Positions 10,333-21,800 are shown, counted from the stretch's first letter. The stretch: DNA of 64,000 nucleotides from Candidatus Sumerlaeaceae bacterium (GCA_051003195.1 JBPCLP010000008.1:160001-224000), one strand, 5' to 3'. The notes: generated from the letters alone by a model not told the origin. Numbers and translations are program-made.

Positions 10333-11442
10333 CTAGTAGAGGTCCCAGTCGCCGATGGACGCCGGCACCGCAATAGGTGCATCGAGCTGCCCACGGATTT
10401 CACCGCCCGTAAACAATGAGGTGTGAACGTTCACGTAAACGTTTCCGTTCGCCAGGTTCGTTGCGTCGGTGGCGGTATGGGACCACAACCCAAGTTTCGG
10501 ACTGCCTGCCGGCAGCGTGAACACAGGCGACGCCGTAGCGCCGCGTGCACCTGGCGAATGAAAGTGGGCTGCGGTCTCGGCACTGGATAGTCCCGCGTAT
10601 GTCATGTAGTATCCAAGAAGGTTTCCAGCGGTATCCTGGCTGAACATCCCATACCCACGCGCGGTTGAAGCCGTCGGCTCTTGCTGCCCGTTCAACGTCG
10701 TCAGACGCCGGACAACCTGCCCGCGGATTTCCCCGCCGGGAAAGGTGCCGGTGTGGATATTAATGTACCATTTCCCGGCGTCGAGAGAAGTCACCTGTAG
10801 TGCGGTCAAGGTTGCCGAGCTAACCTTCGGTTCAGTAAGCGGCAGGGTAACAATGGGCGAGGCGCTTTGCGAATGCAGTGCATCGCCATGGAAGTGCGCG
10901 GCCGACTGTGAAACCAGCGGAATCGTGGAGCTGATAAAATAGGATAGAACATTGGTCGTGCGGTCGAGCGTCATCAACCCATACCCGGTTGCGGTGGAGG
11001 CCGAGGGCTCCTGCGCGCCGTCGATGGCCGCGACATGCGTCACAATCTGACCACGTATCTCGCCGGCAGGCACCAGTGTTGAGTGGACATTTACATAGTA
11101 ACGGCCCGCAAGGATGTCGCTAAGCTGGGTTGGGGTGAGAGTTACATTGCCTGACTTCGGGGTGCCCAGCGCGAGGCCGAACACCGCGCTCGCGGAGGTT
11201 CCCGGATCGGCTGGTCCATGGATGTGCGCAGCAGTTTCGGTAGTCGAAAGCCCGGCGAAATCGAGAAAGTAGTAAAGCTTGCTTCCGGGCACGTCGACGG
11301 TGAAACGCGCGGTTCCGACGGCAGTTGATGTGGTGGCAGGTGTTTCCTGTACACCGTTGAGAAAGGCCACCATTTCGCGAACCTGTGCTGGTGCCGCTAC
11401 GGCGGTTAAGAGTGTAGCAGCGATTAATAGATATCTTTTCAT
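10333..11442 (-). CDS. Secreted protein with three tandem CHRD domains and C-terminal DWxLY tail
   Basis: Signal peptide; three repeats of AAH[IF]H ... Y[VI]N[VI]H[ST]...GEIRGQ; ends PASIGDWDLY. Confidence 0.9.
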   Translation of the reverse strand: MKRYLLIAATLLTAVAAPAQVREMVAFLNGVQETPATTSTAVGTARFTVDVPGSKLYYFLDFAGLSTTETAAHIHGPADPGTSASAVFGLALGTPKSGNVTLTPTQLSDILAGRYYVNVHSTLVPAGEIRGQIVTHVAAIDGAQEPSASTATGYGLMTLDRTTNVLSYFISSTIPLVSQSAAHFHGDALHSQSASPIVTLPLTEPKVSSATLTALQVTSLDAGKWYINIHTGTFPGGEIRGQVVRRLTTLNGQQEPTASTARGYGMFSQDTAGNLLGYYMTYAGLSSAETAAHFHSPGARGATASPVFTLPAGSPKLGLWSHTATDATNLANGNVYVNVHTSLFTGGEIRGQLDAPIAVPASIGDWDLY

Positions 11443-11589
11443 AATGCGGACCTCCCGGGCCAGACCACTTCAAATCCAACAGGAACAGTTCAGTGCAGGA
11501 ATGGCCGAAGCAGTCAAAGGGAAACCGGGCAAGTGTAAGTACTTGTCCGCTGGCGTACATTTGCCGAGGAACGGCGGGAGGCTGTGAAT

Positions 11590-13077
11590 TCAGCGATTGG
11601 TGTTTAGCTGCGCCTGCAGCATACGGGAAAGCGTAGCTGTTAGAGTCGTATCGATACCGCTGGTCAGCGCTGCCCGGTTCACATTCTCGTCCGGATCGGC
11701 CAGCTCGTCGTACAGTTCTGTCGCCAGTGTGTTGCTGGTGGAGAGGCTGCGCCATTCCGTGTAACGATATTTGTCAGTGCGCATGGAGTAACCCATGACA
11801 TCCTTTCCACGCGGGAACTGGCTGAACGCGGCATCCTTCCACTTCTGCAGCGGTTCCGACAGCAGGGGTTCGAAGCTGCGGCCCTGCAGGCCTGGAGGTG
11901 GGGCAAGGTTGCACAGCTCGCACAAACTGGGAAACACATCCACGAATTCCACCAGTGCATCGCATTTAGCGCCGGCCAACTTTTGATCGGGAGCTGCTAC
12001 GATGAGGGGCACACGCGTGGCGATCTCAAAATTGGTGTGTTTGGTCCACATACCATGGTTACCCAGGTGATACCCATGGTCACCCCACAACACAATCACC
12101 GTTTTGTCGCGCAGCTTCAGCGCGTCCAGTTCTTCCAGCAGTCGGCCCAGTTGTGCGTCCACATAACTCACGCACGCATAGTAGCCACGAACCAGCTCGC
12201 GCGCCTGCAGCTCGGTGAGCGGGCCGCTTTTCGGGATTCCCTGGTAGGACCGCAGCTCGCCCCACGTCGTCATCGAAAAGCTGGTCACGCTTTCGGGGGG
12301 AAACGGGTTCTGCGCCAGTGGCAGCGTCGCCGTGGAATACATGTCGAAATACTTCTTCGGCGCGACGAATGGCAAATGCGGTTTATGAAATCCGATGGCG
12401 AGAAAGAAAGGCTGGTCCTTGCGCTCGCGCATCAGGTTAATCGCCTTATCGATCATGTAGCCGTCGGGCAGCGCGTTGTCCGGGGCGTCGACCGCTTCCC
12501 ATGGCCGCCCGCGGCGCCGTGGACCCGGCGCGTCTTCAGCGCCCTGCGCGGTGCCCACCTTCGTCGCGGTGGTGTAGCGGGTGTCATCGGGATTGGGCGT
12601 CGTCGCAAAGTCCGTCGGCGCGCTCCACGACTTCTTGTCGTCCAGACCACCGTGAAAGATCTTTCCGAGCGCCTGGGTGTGGTATCCATTCTGTTTAAAA
12701 AGCTGGGGCAGGGTGACAACGTCGGGGATCGTGGTGCGGAAGTGGGTTGTGAGATCGTAGACGCGTGTGGTGTCCGGGCGCAAACCGGTCAGCAGCGAGG
12801 TACGTGACGGCGAGCAGACTGCCTGCTGGCAATATGCACGATTGAAAAGCAGGCCGCTGGCAGCCAGCCGATCGATATTCGGACTGCGCACAGTTGTATT
12901 TCCATAACAGCCGAGCAATGGACGCAGATCGTCAACGGCGATAAACAGAACATTGTAGCGCGACTCGGATTGCGAAGTCGCCGCTGCTGTGCGCGATGGA
13001 TCAAAAATGTAAAGGCAGGTGCATGCGAAAAGCAGCGCCATTCCAATTCGTGCAGGAGCTCTTCGATTTATAGGCAT
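11590..13077 (-). CDS. Sulfatase (iduronate-2-sulfatase-like, formylglycine-dependent)
   Basis: VLFIAVDDLR, CSPSR, GKIFH, HKPHLPF, WGDHG; start uncertain (13041-13176). Confidence 0.93.
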   Translation of the reverse strand: MPINRRAPARIGMALLFACTCLYIFDPSRTAAATSQSESRYNVLFIAVDDLRPLLGCYGNTTVRSPNIDRLAASGLLFNRAYCQQAVCSPSRTSLLTGLRPDTTRVYDLTTHFRTTIPDVVTLPQLFKQNGYHTQALGKIFHGGLDDKKSWSAPTDFATTPNPDDTRYTTATKVGTAQGAEDAPGPRRRGRPWEAVDAPDNALPDGYMIDKAINLMRERKDQPFFLAIGFHKPHLPFVAPKKYFDMYSTATLPLAQNPFPPESVTSFSMTTWGELRSYQGIPKSGPLTELQARELVRGYYACVSYVDAQLGRLLEELDALKLRDKTVIVLWGDHGYHLGNHGMWTKHTNFEIATRVPLIVAAPDQKLAGAKCDALVEFVDVFPSLCELCNLAPPPGLQGRSFEPLLSEPLQKWKDAAFSQFPRGKDVMGYSMRTDKYRYTEWRSLSTSNTLATELYDELADPDENVNRAALTSGIDTTLTATLSRMLQAQLNTNR

Positions 13078-13220
13078 GCCCCTGCATCGCACCGTGCGAC
13101 AAAGTCGCAACCACCATTTTGCAACCTGCATAACATCGTTGCAGATGGAGCGCGCCGGGACTGTTGTTGCCCGCAATGATTAAGACCACACCAGTTATAC
13201 GCCCCGTTGAAAAATGGGTT

Positions 13221-14633
13221 ATGCGATTCCTTTTATGCTTTGCCGGAATCGCCTTGGCTATCCCCACTCCAGCCGCCCGGCCGAACATCGTCTTTTTTAT
13301 AACAGACGACCACGGCCTCCTGGATTCGTCGGTGTATGGTTCGAAGGATGTTTCTACGCCAAATATGCGTAAGCTGGCGGACCGCGGAGTGACGTTCACG
13401 AATGCATTTGTCGCTTCACCCAGTTGCGCGCCCAGCCGCGCGGCGCTGATTACGGGTCTCATGCCGGCGCGCAACGGAGCCGAAGCGAATCATAGTCGGC
13501 CACGCCCGGAAATCAGGAAGTGGCCTGCATACTTTCAGGAGCTTGGATACGAAGTAGTAGCGTTTGGAAAAGTGACGCATTACCAGCACACCGCAGACTA
13601 CGGGTTCGACCACTTTGCGCATGATCGTTTCCACGATCAGGCAGCAATTCCGGCGGCAATAAAATTTCTCGAGACGCACGATCCAAATGCGACACGCCCG
13701 CTGTGCCTGATGGTGGGATCAAACTGGCCACATGTGCCATGGCCAAAAGAGTTTTCTACGCATGACCCCGAAACGCTAACACTGCCTGCCGGCTCGATCG
13801 ACACTTCGAAGACGCGGGAATGGCGAGCGCAGTACCTCGCGGCAGTCGATAAAGCGGACGAGGATTTTGGCCGTATTTACGAAACCGCGCAGTCGAAGCT
13901 GGGCAAGGACGCAATCACGCTGTTCAGCAGCGACCACGGGGCACAGTGGCCGTTCGGCAAATGGAACCTGTACGATGCCGGCATTCGCGTACCATTAATT
14001 GTGGAATGGTCCGGAGTGGTGAAACGCGGCACCAAATCCGATGCAACGGTGAGCTGGATCGACATTCTGCCCACTTTGCTGGAAGCTGCCGGCGGGCAGC
14101 CGCCGCCCGACATCGATGGCCAATCGTTTTTGCCAGTGCTACGCGGGGAAAAGACTTCTCATCGCGACCGGATTTTCACGACCCACACCGGCGACGAACG
14201 ATGGAACATTTACCCGATGCGCAGTGTCCGCACTGCGGAATGGAAGTACATCATGAACCTTCACCCTGAGTTCGCATTCACGACACACATTGATCTACCT
14301 GGCGAGCTGGGGCAGCGCGATTTCTGGTCCACATGGGAGAGTGCTGCGAAAACGGATAAGTTCGCCGCCGCCATTGTGAACGGATACCATCAGCGCCCAG
14401 CCGACGAACTATACGAGCTCACGGCTGATCCACACGAGCAGCATAATCTTGCCTCCCACCCGAACCAGGAAATGCGAATAGAGGAGATGCGAAGTGAATT
14501 ACGCACGTGGATGCGCAGCCAGGACGATAAAACAACTGTTCCCGCAAAGCCGCGACTGCTCAGCGATCCATCGAGCTATGGTCCGGGCGCGGCGGCCCTG
14601 GGTACATCGGTCAGCAAAATTAAGGGCAGGTGA
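13221..14633 (+). CDS. Sulfatase (sulfamidase/heparan N-sulfatase-like)
   Basis: RPNIVFFITDD, CAPSR, PHVPW, SDHG; start chosen at signal-peptide Met. Confidence 0.92.
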   Translation: MRFLLCFAGIALAIPTPAARPNIVFFITDDHGLLDSSVYGSKDVSTPNMRKLADRGVTFTNAFVASPSCAPSRAALITGLMPARNGAEANHSRPRPEIRKWPAYFQELGYEVVAFGKVTHYQHTADYGFDHFAHDRFHDQAAIPAAIKFLETHDPNATRPLCLMVGSNWPHVPWPKEFSTHDPETLTLPAGSIDTSKTREWRAQYLAAVDKADEDFGRIYETAQSKLGKDAITLFSSDHGAQWPFGKWNLYDAGIRVPLIVEWSGVVKRGTKSDATVSWIDILPTLLEAAGGQPPPDIDGQSFLPVLRGEKTSHRDRIFTTHTGDERWNIYPMRSVRTAEWKYIMNLHPEFAFTTHIDLPGELGQRDFWSTWESAAKTDKFAAAIVNGYHQRPADELYELTADPHEQHNLASHPNQEMRIEEMRSELRTWMRSQDDKTTVPAKPRLLSDPSSYGPGAAALGTSVSKIKGR

Positions 14634-14663
14634 ACCGGCTTGGCAATGCCAGGGTATTAAGCT

Positions 14664-15512
14664 TTGGCTTTGCTTAGTTTCGTCTGCTGCAGGGTAGCAA
14701 TACACGTGAGTTTACCGACGCAGCCAATGCAGCGCTCTGTGCACCCGATGCTGGCGCTGCTGGTGTTTGTGATTATCTATTTGCTGGATGTGTTTTTTTT
14801 CCGACTTTCGGCCTATAGCTCATGGGCGGTGCTTGCCGTCCTGACCGTTGTTCTTTCGCTGGTGCTTCCACTCGCAGCGACCGCTCTTTCCAAGGTATCG
14901 TTGTCAGACGGTCTACTATTGAGTCACCGATTTGTACCTGGAGCCGCCGTCTCAGTGGTTGTAGCCACCGTACTGCTTGTGCCGCTGTACATCTGTTTCA
15001 ACCTGATCCTGGCAAGGCATTGGCCGGAAGTTCGCAGCATGATCTACGGCGACGCTCGCCAAATGAGACAAATGGTGCGAACAACTTCCTGGCCCCTCAT
15101 CGCAGCAGGCGGGCTTTTCTTTGCCTTCACCGAGGAATTCCTGTACCGTGGATTTCTTATGAATGCGCTTCGCCGATGGGGTGACGCGGTTGCGCTGATT
15201 ATCAGCTCTATCTGCTTTGCGGTGGCACATCACTCGGTCGGGAAACTGCTCCCCATGACGCTGGCCGGAATGTGGTTCGGCTTTGTCGCGTTGCGCACAA
15301 GGTCCATTTGGGTCAGCACGGCAGCGCACTTCGCTGTCAATGCCGGCCTGCTCGCGGCCATCATGTACTTAGCCGGCCCACAACCCCTTAGGCGCACTCC
15401 GCTTCCCGAGATAAGTGACTGGTGGCTGGTTGCTCTCGTTCCCTTTACAGTCGGCGTCGTCTGGCTGAGCGAGAAGTGGGGAAACGCAACCCCAGGCACA
15501 AGCCGGCGCTGA
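14664..15512 (+). CDS. CPBP (Abi/CAAX) family intramembrane glutamic protease
   Basis: Multiple TM segments; EEFLYRG, FAVAH, HFAVN motifs. Confidence 0.9.
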   Translation: MALLSFVCCRVAIHVSLPTQPMQRSVHPMLALLVFVIIYLLDVFFFRLSAYSSWAVLAVLTVVLSLVLPLAATALSKVSLSDGLLLSHRFVPGAAVSVVVATVLLVPLYICFNLILARHWPEVRSMIYGDARQMRQMVRTTSWPLIAAGGLFFAFTEEFLYRGFLMNALRRWGDAVALIISSICFAVAHHSVGKLLPMTLAGMWFGFVALRTRSIWVSTAAHFAVNAGLLAAIMYLAGPQPLRRTPLPEISDWWLVALVPFTVGVVWLSEKWGNATPGTSRR

Positions 15513-15591
15513 CAATTAAGACGCATTCGGGCTTGCCCGTGCTGCGATTACGTTGTCGATGGCAGGCCACACCAAAGAGAGTAGGGAAGCG

Positions 15592-16398
15592 ATGATAGAA
15601 CGCATTCGGAAGATTGTCGATCATAAATCTTTTCAGCTTCTTGTCATTACGGTCATTCTCATCAACGCGGCGATCATTGGGGTCGAAACCTCCGCTAGTG
15701 TGATGGAACGCCATGCTGGCCTCATGCACGCGATCAACTGGATGATCCAGGCGATATTTGTGACGGAAATCCTTTTGCGGCTGGTTTCCTATGCGCCGCG
15801 CTTTGGACGATTCTTCCGCGACGGCTGGAACGTTTTCGATTTCATTATCGTGGCATTCTCGCTGTTGCCTGTGGCAGGAGCATTTGCAGGAGTTGCCCGC
15901 CTTGCGCGGGTGCTACGGCTCGCGCGACTTGTGTCAGTCTCGGATCAGCTGCGATTAATAGTTACCACAATGCTGCGGTCGATTCCATCTTTGAGCCATG
16001 TGGTTGTGCTGCTGGCCCTTCTTATTTACGTTTATGCCATCCTCGGTTACTATACGTTTCACAATACCGATGCTTCCCATTGGGGAACGCTCGGAGCCGC
16101 AGTGCTCAGCGTGTTTCAAATGCTTACCCTCGAAGGGTGGGTAGACATGCAGGATGCTGTGATCAAGCAGCACCCCTTTTCGTGGCTCTTCTTCGCCAGC
16201 TTTGTCATCGTTGCCGTATTTGTCGTGGTGAACCTCTTCATCGCAGTCGTGCTGAATAACCTCGAGGAAGTGAAGGCCGAGCAACTGGCCGAGGCAGGGC
16301 TGCAGAAGGGTGAGCTTCCGGACGAATCGACGGTGCACCTGCGACTTTCGCGTATTCGCGCAGATCTGGACGAACTCGAGCAACTCCTGAAGCGGTGA
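15592..16398 (+). CDS. Voltage-gated 6TM cation channel (BacNav/CavMr-like)
   Basis: GWNVFDF, S4 RLARVLRLARL, pore filter TLEGWVD, NLFIAVV S6, coiled-coil C-terminus. Confidence 0.92.
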   Translation: MIERIRKIVDHKSFQLLVITVILINAAIIGVETSASVMERHAGLMHAINWMIQAIFVTEILLRLVSYAPRFGRFFRDGWNVFDFIIVAFSLLPVAGAFAGVARLARVLRLARLVSVSDQLRLIVTTMLRSIPSLSHVVVLLALLIYVYAILGYYTFHNTDASHWGTLGAAVLSVFQMLTLEGWVDMQDAVIKQHPFSWLFFASFVIVAVFVVVNLFIAVVLNNLEEVKAEQLAEAGLQKGELPDESTVHLRLSRIRADLDELEQLLKR

Positions 16399-16503
16399 CA
16401 GGCTCGGAAAGACCACCGCTGATTAAGCGCATGGATAGCGGTGCGAATTCTTTCGTATAAGTAATGCAATGCATCGGGTGCATTTTAGAATCGGAGTAAT
16501 CTT

Positions 16504-17607
16504 GTGGGTGTCTGCGTGCGATTAACATCTTTGCGGTTATATTCTGCGGTGGTAGGAATTCTGTCGACCTCCGTTGCGGCTATCAGTGCCGATGCAACCA
16601 CCAATACGGTATCATCCGCGTTCCTTCCAACGAAGCCACTTACCGTCAGCCCTCCACAGCCTGCACCGGAAGGAATGGTGTGGATTCCGGGTGGTGATTT
16701 TTCGATGGGCTGCGACGTTGCCTGTGAAGGAATGTGCTTTCAGCCGGGCACGACACAGGACGCGCTGCCGGTGCATCAGGTCCGTCTGCAGCCGTTCTGG
16801 ATGGACGCGACGGAAGTCACCAATGCACAGTTCGAAAAGTTTGCGAAGGCAACTGGCTATGTCACGATTGCTGAGCGAACTCCTACTAAAGAAGAATTCC
16901 CGGATGCGCCACCAGAAAACCTCGTCGCGGGTTCAACGGTCTTCACGCCCAGCAGCGAACCCGTGCCCCTCAACAACCACTACCAGTGGTGGCGCTATCA
17001 GCGAGGTGCAAACTGGCGGCACCCCGGCGGCCCGGAGACAAACCTCGATGGCCGCGAAAACTACCCCGTCGTTCAAATCGCCTACGACGACGCGCTTGCC
17101 TATTCTGAATGGGCCGGCAAGCGGATGCCTACTGAAGCTGAATGGGAGTTCGCCGCGCGCGGGGGATTAACCGGTCAGGTGTATGCGTGGGGAAATGAAT
17201 TCCGACCGGGCGGCAAACACATGGCAAATACCTACCAGGGAAAGTTTCCCGTCGCCGACACCGGCGAAGATGGCTATGCGGGAATAGCACCGGTGAAATC
17301 GTACAAGCCGAACGGCTACGGTTTATACGACGTAGCTGGAAACGTTTGGGAATGGTGCAGCGACTGGTACCGGCCCGATTACTACAGGCAGCTGTCGCTG
17401 AAAGGCAGCATTACACCAGATCCCGAGGGGCCCGACACACCCTTCGATCCGCTCGAACCAACGGAAAAGAAGCGGGTACACCGCGGCGGGTCGTTCTTGT
17501 GCACGGACGAATACTGTACCCGGTATATGGTCGGCACGCGCGGAAAAGGCGAAACGAACACGGCGACAGATCACTTGGGGTTTCGCTGTGTGAAGTCCGC
17601 GAAATGA
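16504..17607 (+). CDS. Formylglycine-generating enzyme (SUMF1/FGE), sulfatase maturation
   Basis: PTEAEWEFAARGG, NGYGLYDVAGNVWEW, RGGSFLCTDEYC (catalytic CxxxxC), GFRC. Confidence 0.93.
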   Translation: MGVCVRLTSLRLYSAVVGILSTSVAAISADATTNTVSSAFLPTKPLTVSPPQPAPEGMVWIPGGDFSMGCDVACEGMCFQPGTTQDALPVHQVRLQPFWMDATEVTNAQFEKFAKATGYVTIAERTPTKEEFPDAPPENLVAGSTVFTPSSEPVPLNNHYQWWRYQRGANWRHPGGPETNLDGRENYPVVQIAYDDALAYSEWAGKRMPTEAEWEFAARGGLTGQVYAWGNEFRPGGKHMANTYQGKFPVADTGEDGYAGIAPVKSYKPNGYGLYDVAGNVWEWCSDWYRPDYYRQLSLKGSITPDPEGPDTPFDPLEPTEKKRVHRGGSFLCTDEYCTRYMVGTRGKGETNTATDHLGFRCVKSAK

Positions 17608-17711
17608 AAGTGGAGTTTTGCTCAGAAAGCTCGGCGTTCGATCGTCAGATCTCTCTTTTCATGACTGCTTTCCATTCGCAATTCGGCCGCAAAGACGTTC
17701 CGGCGCTACGA

Positions 17712-18758
17712 TCAGGCGAACTGGCGCAAAAACCGCACATCGTTTTCGTAGAGGCAGCGCATGTTGTCCAGACCATAGCGTAGCATCGTGAAACGCTCGA
17801 CTCCAAGGCCGAATGCAAACCCACTTACTTCGGTCGAATCATAGCCCACGTTTTCCAGAACCTTTGGATGGATCATTCCTGCACCCAGAACTTCCAGCCA
17901 GCCGGTGGCCTTGCACACCCGGCAACTGGCATCGTTGCCCCGGCATTTGAAGCACTGTACGTCGACTTCCGCGCTGGGTTCCGTGAACGGAAAGAAGCTC
18001 GGACGGAATCTCGTTTCCAGCCCCTTGCCGAACATTGCCTGTAGAAATTCCTGCAACGTCCCCTTCAGGTGCGCCATGCTCACACCCTTGTCCACGAGGA
18101 ACCCCTCGACCTGGTGGAACACGGGTGAATGCGTCGCATCCACATCGTCCACGCGGTAAACGCGGCCCGGCGCAATGATCGCAACCGGCGGCTTGTGCTC
18201 CTTCATGTACCGGATCTGCACCGGGGAAGTGTGTGTGCGCAGAATGTGCCCGCCTGGAACAAAGAAGGTATCGTGCATATCGCGCGCCGGATGATCCGCG
18301 GGGATGTTCAGCGCGTCGAAATTGTTATACTCGGTCTCAATGTCTGGCCCGGTGGCTATGGCATAACCCATCGAAGTGAATACCCGCTGGATTTCTTCGA
18401 GTGTCTGCGTCAATGGGTGCAGCGCACCTGGTGAAGTGGCACGTGGCGCCGGCAGCGTAACGTCGACTTGTTCTCCTGCAAGCCTTTGGGAAAGCTCGGC
18501 GTCACTGATCTGCTCGAGCTTCTGCTGAAAGGCTGCTTCAACCCGTGCTTGTGCTCCATTAATAGCCTGGCCAGCAGCAGGTCGCTGGTCCGCCGATAAC
18601 TCGCCCATCCGGCGCATCAGCTCACGAATCGGGCTCTTCTTGCCCAGGATTTCGGGGCGAATGCGTTCGAGTTCCTGCGAATCTGTTGCCATTTGTAGCG
18701 CTGCCATTGCCGTTTGCTCGGCCGAGGCCAGTGCTTCTTCTAAGGTGCCGGTGCTCAT
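17712..18758 (-). CDS. pheS: Phenylalanine--tRNA ligase alpha subunit
   Basis: HPARDMHDTF, LRTHTSPVQ, FRPSFFPFTEPS, GFAFGLGVER. Confidence 0.98.
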   Translation of the reverse strand: MSTGTLEEALASAEQTAMAALQMATDSQELERIRPEILGKKSPIRELMRRMGELSADQRPAAGQAINGAQARVEAAFQQKLEQISDAELSQRLAGEQVDVTLPAPRATSPGALHPLTQTLEEIQRVFTSMGYAIATGPDIETEYNNFDALNIPADHPARDMHDTFFVPGGHILRTHTSPVQIRYMKEHKPPVAIIAPGRVYRVDDVDATHSPVFHQVEGFLVDKGVSMAHLKGTLQEFLQAMFGKGLETRFRPSFFPFTEPSAEVDVQCFKCRGNDASCRVCKATGWLEVLGAGMIHPKVLENVGYDSTEVSGFAFGLGVERFTMLRYGLDNMRCLYENDVRFLRQFA

Positions 18759-18878
18759 CGCCGCTCAAAACACATGTCCGCACGGGCGCAATCAAGTGGG
18801 AAGAGTCGTCGGGCCCTTGAAAGCCAAAACAAGCATTGTGAGTTGACGCATATGGGTTTGAAGAAGCGGGCTGACCGA

Positions 18879-21800
18879 ATGAAACGGCACAGGGGCGGGG
18901 ACTTTACAGCCAGGAGAACTACATTTGCAATGTGGCTGCTGCTGGCCGTTTGGTCAGGCCTTACTGCTCCCGCGGATGCAGAGGAGACAACGCATGCCCT
19001 GTCCGAAATTGTGCCTCCGGCACTGGGCTATGACCTCAGCACCCAGCCATGGTTTGCATCTGCCGACCTTCCACCAGAATCCAGCCCGGCGAGAATACGA
19101 GAGCTGGCTACCGCGACCAGTCCGACGGTCATCCTGCGTTCAGGAACCGCAACGAAGTCCGGCATATTGTTTTGCATTCTATCGCTTCGTGAAACAGCGG
19201 ATCAGCAACTCGGTGGCCGAATCACCATCGGTGACATTGATGGCGAAGACGAAGCATATTTCAACGGCGTGAAAATCGGTGAGAGCCACGGTTGGGGCGT
19301 CACCGATTTGGGAATTCCGCGACAATATGACATACCCCCCGCGGCATTGCGGGCCGGAGAGAACGTGTTGGCGCTGCGTATTTTCGCCTGGCGAAACAAG
19401 CCAACGTTCGGAATCAAACGTCTGCCGCTGACGTTTGCATTTACTGCGCCGCAGGAACCCCGGCCGAATACAATGGAGGCTGCGGCACGCCACGATGCGA
19501 TAGACGCCGATCGTGCGCGCAGAGCGATTTTTGCGGCAGATCCCGAACTCAGCTCGACCGAGCGGCTCCACCGCAAACGACCTGGATTTGGCAGGTTCGG
19601 AGAATTTCTGTTCGATGGGCTTCCGGCGATGGCGGAGGTCAGCCCCACCCGCATTTCCTCCCGGAAAGGTCCGGTAATTGAAATCGCACTGGACGACGTT
19701 TCCTCCGCGTCAGTTGTAAATGATACAGCCCTGCCCGGAGTGGATCCGTGGCACAAACTCACGCGTGTCGTCGGCACCTCGTCTCAGCAGGTAATCCAGT
19801 ATACAGTGCATTCCAATGTGCTGTACCCAGGCGCCATACTGAAGCTGGAGAAAGGCGCAGTGCTTCCGCTTCGCGTGCGCCTTGCAGGCCGGGCAGGAGT
19901 GATTTTGCAGGCGAGTCCCGAAGAGCTGAACCACGCTGGTGTTCGAGTGTCGAAAAAAAGCACGGTAGATGTTTATGTTCTGGGCGACGCGGCTACTGCC
20001 ACTCCGCCGGCAGTTCTCGTTCTTTCTGGCTTATCTGCCAACATAACGCGATCTAACGACCAACTGGAAATCGCCCTTGCCGCAAAAGACGCGAAGCGAG
20101 GCGGTCATGTGTACATTTGTTTTCCGACCGGGATCAGAAGCATTTTGCCGAAGTCAAAGTTCGCGTCTGTCTCTGAGCTCGCAGCGACCGCCGACCCGGG
20201 ATCAACCCAGTCCACCCTGAACCGATGGCTGCGGCTCGCAGTGAATGAGCCGGTCGCCACGGATGAGTACTTTCGTGTATTGCCCGAACGTGGAGCAGTA
20301 CGCGTCTATCAGCTTTCAAGCTTTAAGGCTCCTGCTGGGTTGAGCGGGCTGCCACCCTTGCTGTTCAGGCCGCCGCAGTTGGATTTTGCGGTACAAACCC
20401 TTAGGTATCCTGTAGCGGGGCAGGAGACGACAGCAAGTGGCTTGATCACGTTCTCGGGCGAAGCCTGCTACGCGGTTCAGGATTCGCGCACGAGCGGTTC
20501 TGAGACGAGCGATTCTTCGCGAGACGATATTCATCTGACATGGTACGACCTGCCTGTACCTCCGATGAAAGAGCGCGGCATGCTCGCGGCTCCCGGGCAG
20601 AAGCAGATGCGCGAACTGTTGCTCAAGTGGATCATGAGCGATGTTGGATCTTCAGACACCCTGAACGGCGTCGATGCGCTTTATAAGTCCCGGTGCCAGG
20701 CCTTTCAATCGTGGAGCTACCTGACAACAGACACGAGGCATCGGCTGACGCAGGATTCGACTGAGCTCCTGCCGATTGCCCTGAGTGATCGGTTCTGGCA
20801 CGTACATACCGAGCCGTTATCCGGCCTTCAGTACTGGTGGACCTATTTTATCGAAGGCCCGTACTTTGATCGCTTCGACCAGGACTGGGGCAACGGGCTG
20901 TCTTTGTACGGTCTATACACCTTCATCAAGTACACGGGCCAATGGGAGCTCGCGCGGGCGCACTGGGATGCGATCGAGCGAATCTTTAGCTGGTTTACCG
21001 TAACGGATGACTGGGAATGGATGCGGGCTTCAAACGGCGCACATGGGCACGGAACGGGGGCGGGTGATTGCGAATCAGCTACGTTTGCGGCGTGCGTAGC
21101 GTACGCGCGGCTTGCCGAAGGAGCTGGCCGCGCAGACGAATACGAGTACGGAATCTACATGGCTTCACGCGCGGCTGTTTTTGCCCTGACGCGATTTGCG
21201 TACGACGACTTCGCGCGCGAATATGGGCTTGGCGAAACCAAAAGCCAGGTGCTCGGTTTTCACGAAGGGCAGGGATTCCTGGTCGGAGAACTCGACCGTT
21301 ACCCGTGGAACGTGACATCTGCGATCTCGGGCAATGGTATTCAACCTGGCAACTTTGATTTGTACCTCAAGTATGCGCCGGAGACTCTGAGATCTTACGA
21401 GCAGACGTTCGAGGCAGCTTATCCGAACTGGTCGAATGCGCAGTACCGATACAATTTCCCTACTTTGTACAAAGGTAATTCAGGCTACATCACATTGCCG
21501 CATATCTACCTGCGCGCGCGGCTCGGTATGGAGAGCTCTGATGTGTTGCATGACCTGATTCACAAGGCGGCCGAAAATCCTCACCTGTGGTGGTTGGCTC
21601 CGCCGGTAATAGCAGAGGTTATGCACAGCAAAACGGAAAGTGCCTACGTGTCCGACTGGGGCCGGTGCGCTTTCCTCGGAGGCGAAATGGTCAAAGACTC
21701 CGAAGGCGATAAGCGTCGCGTACGTTGCATCATGCGATTCGACAACCGTGAAGCGCCCAACGCGGTCGAAATTGTCCTGCCGAAAAAGCCGCAGAATTTC

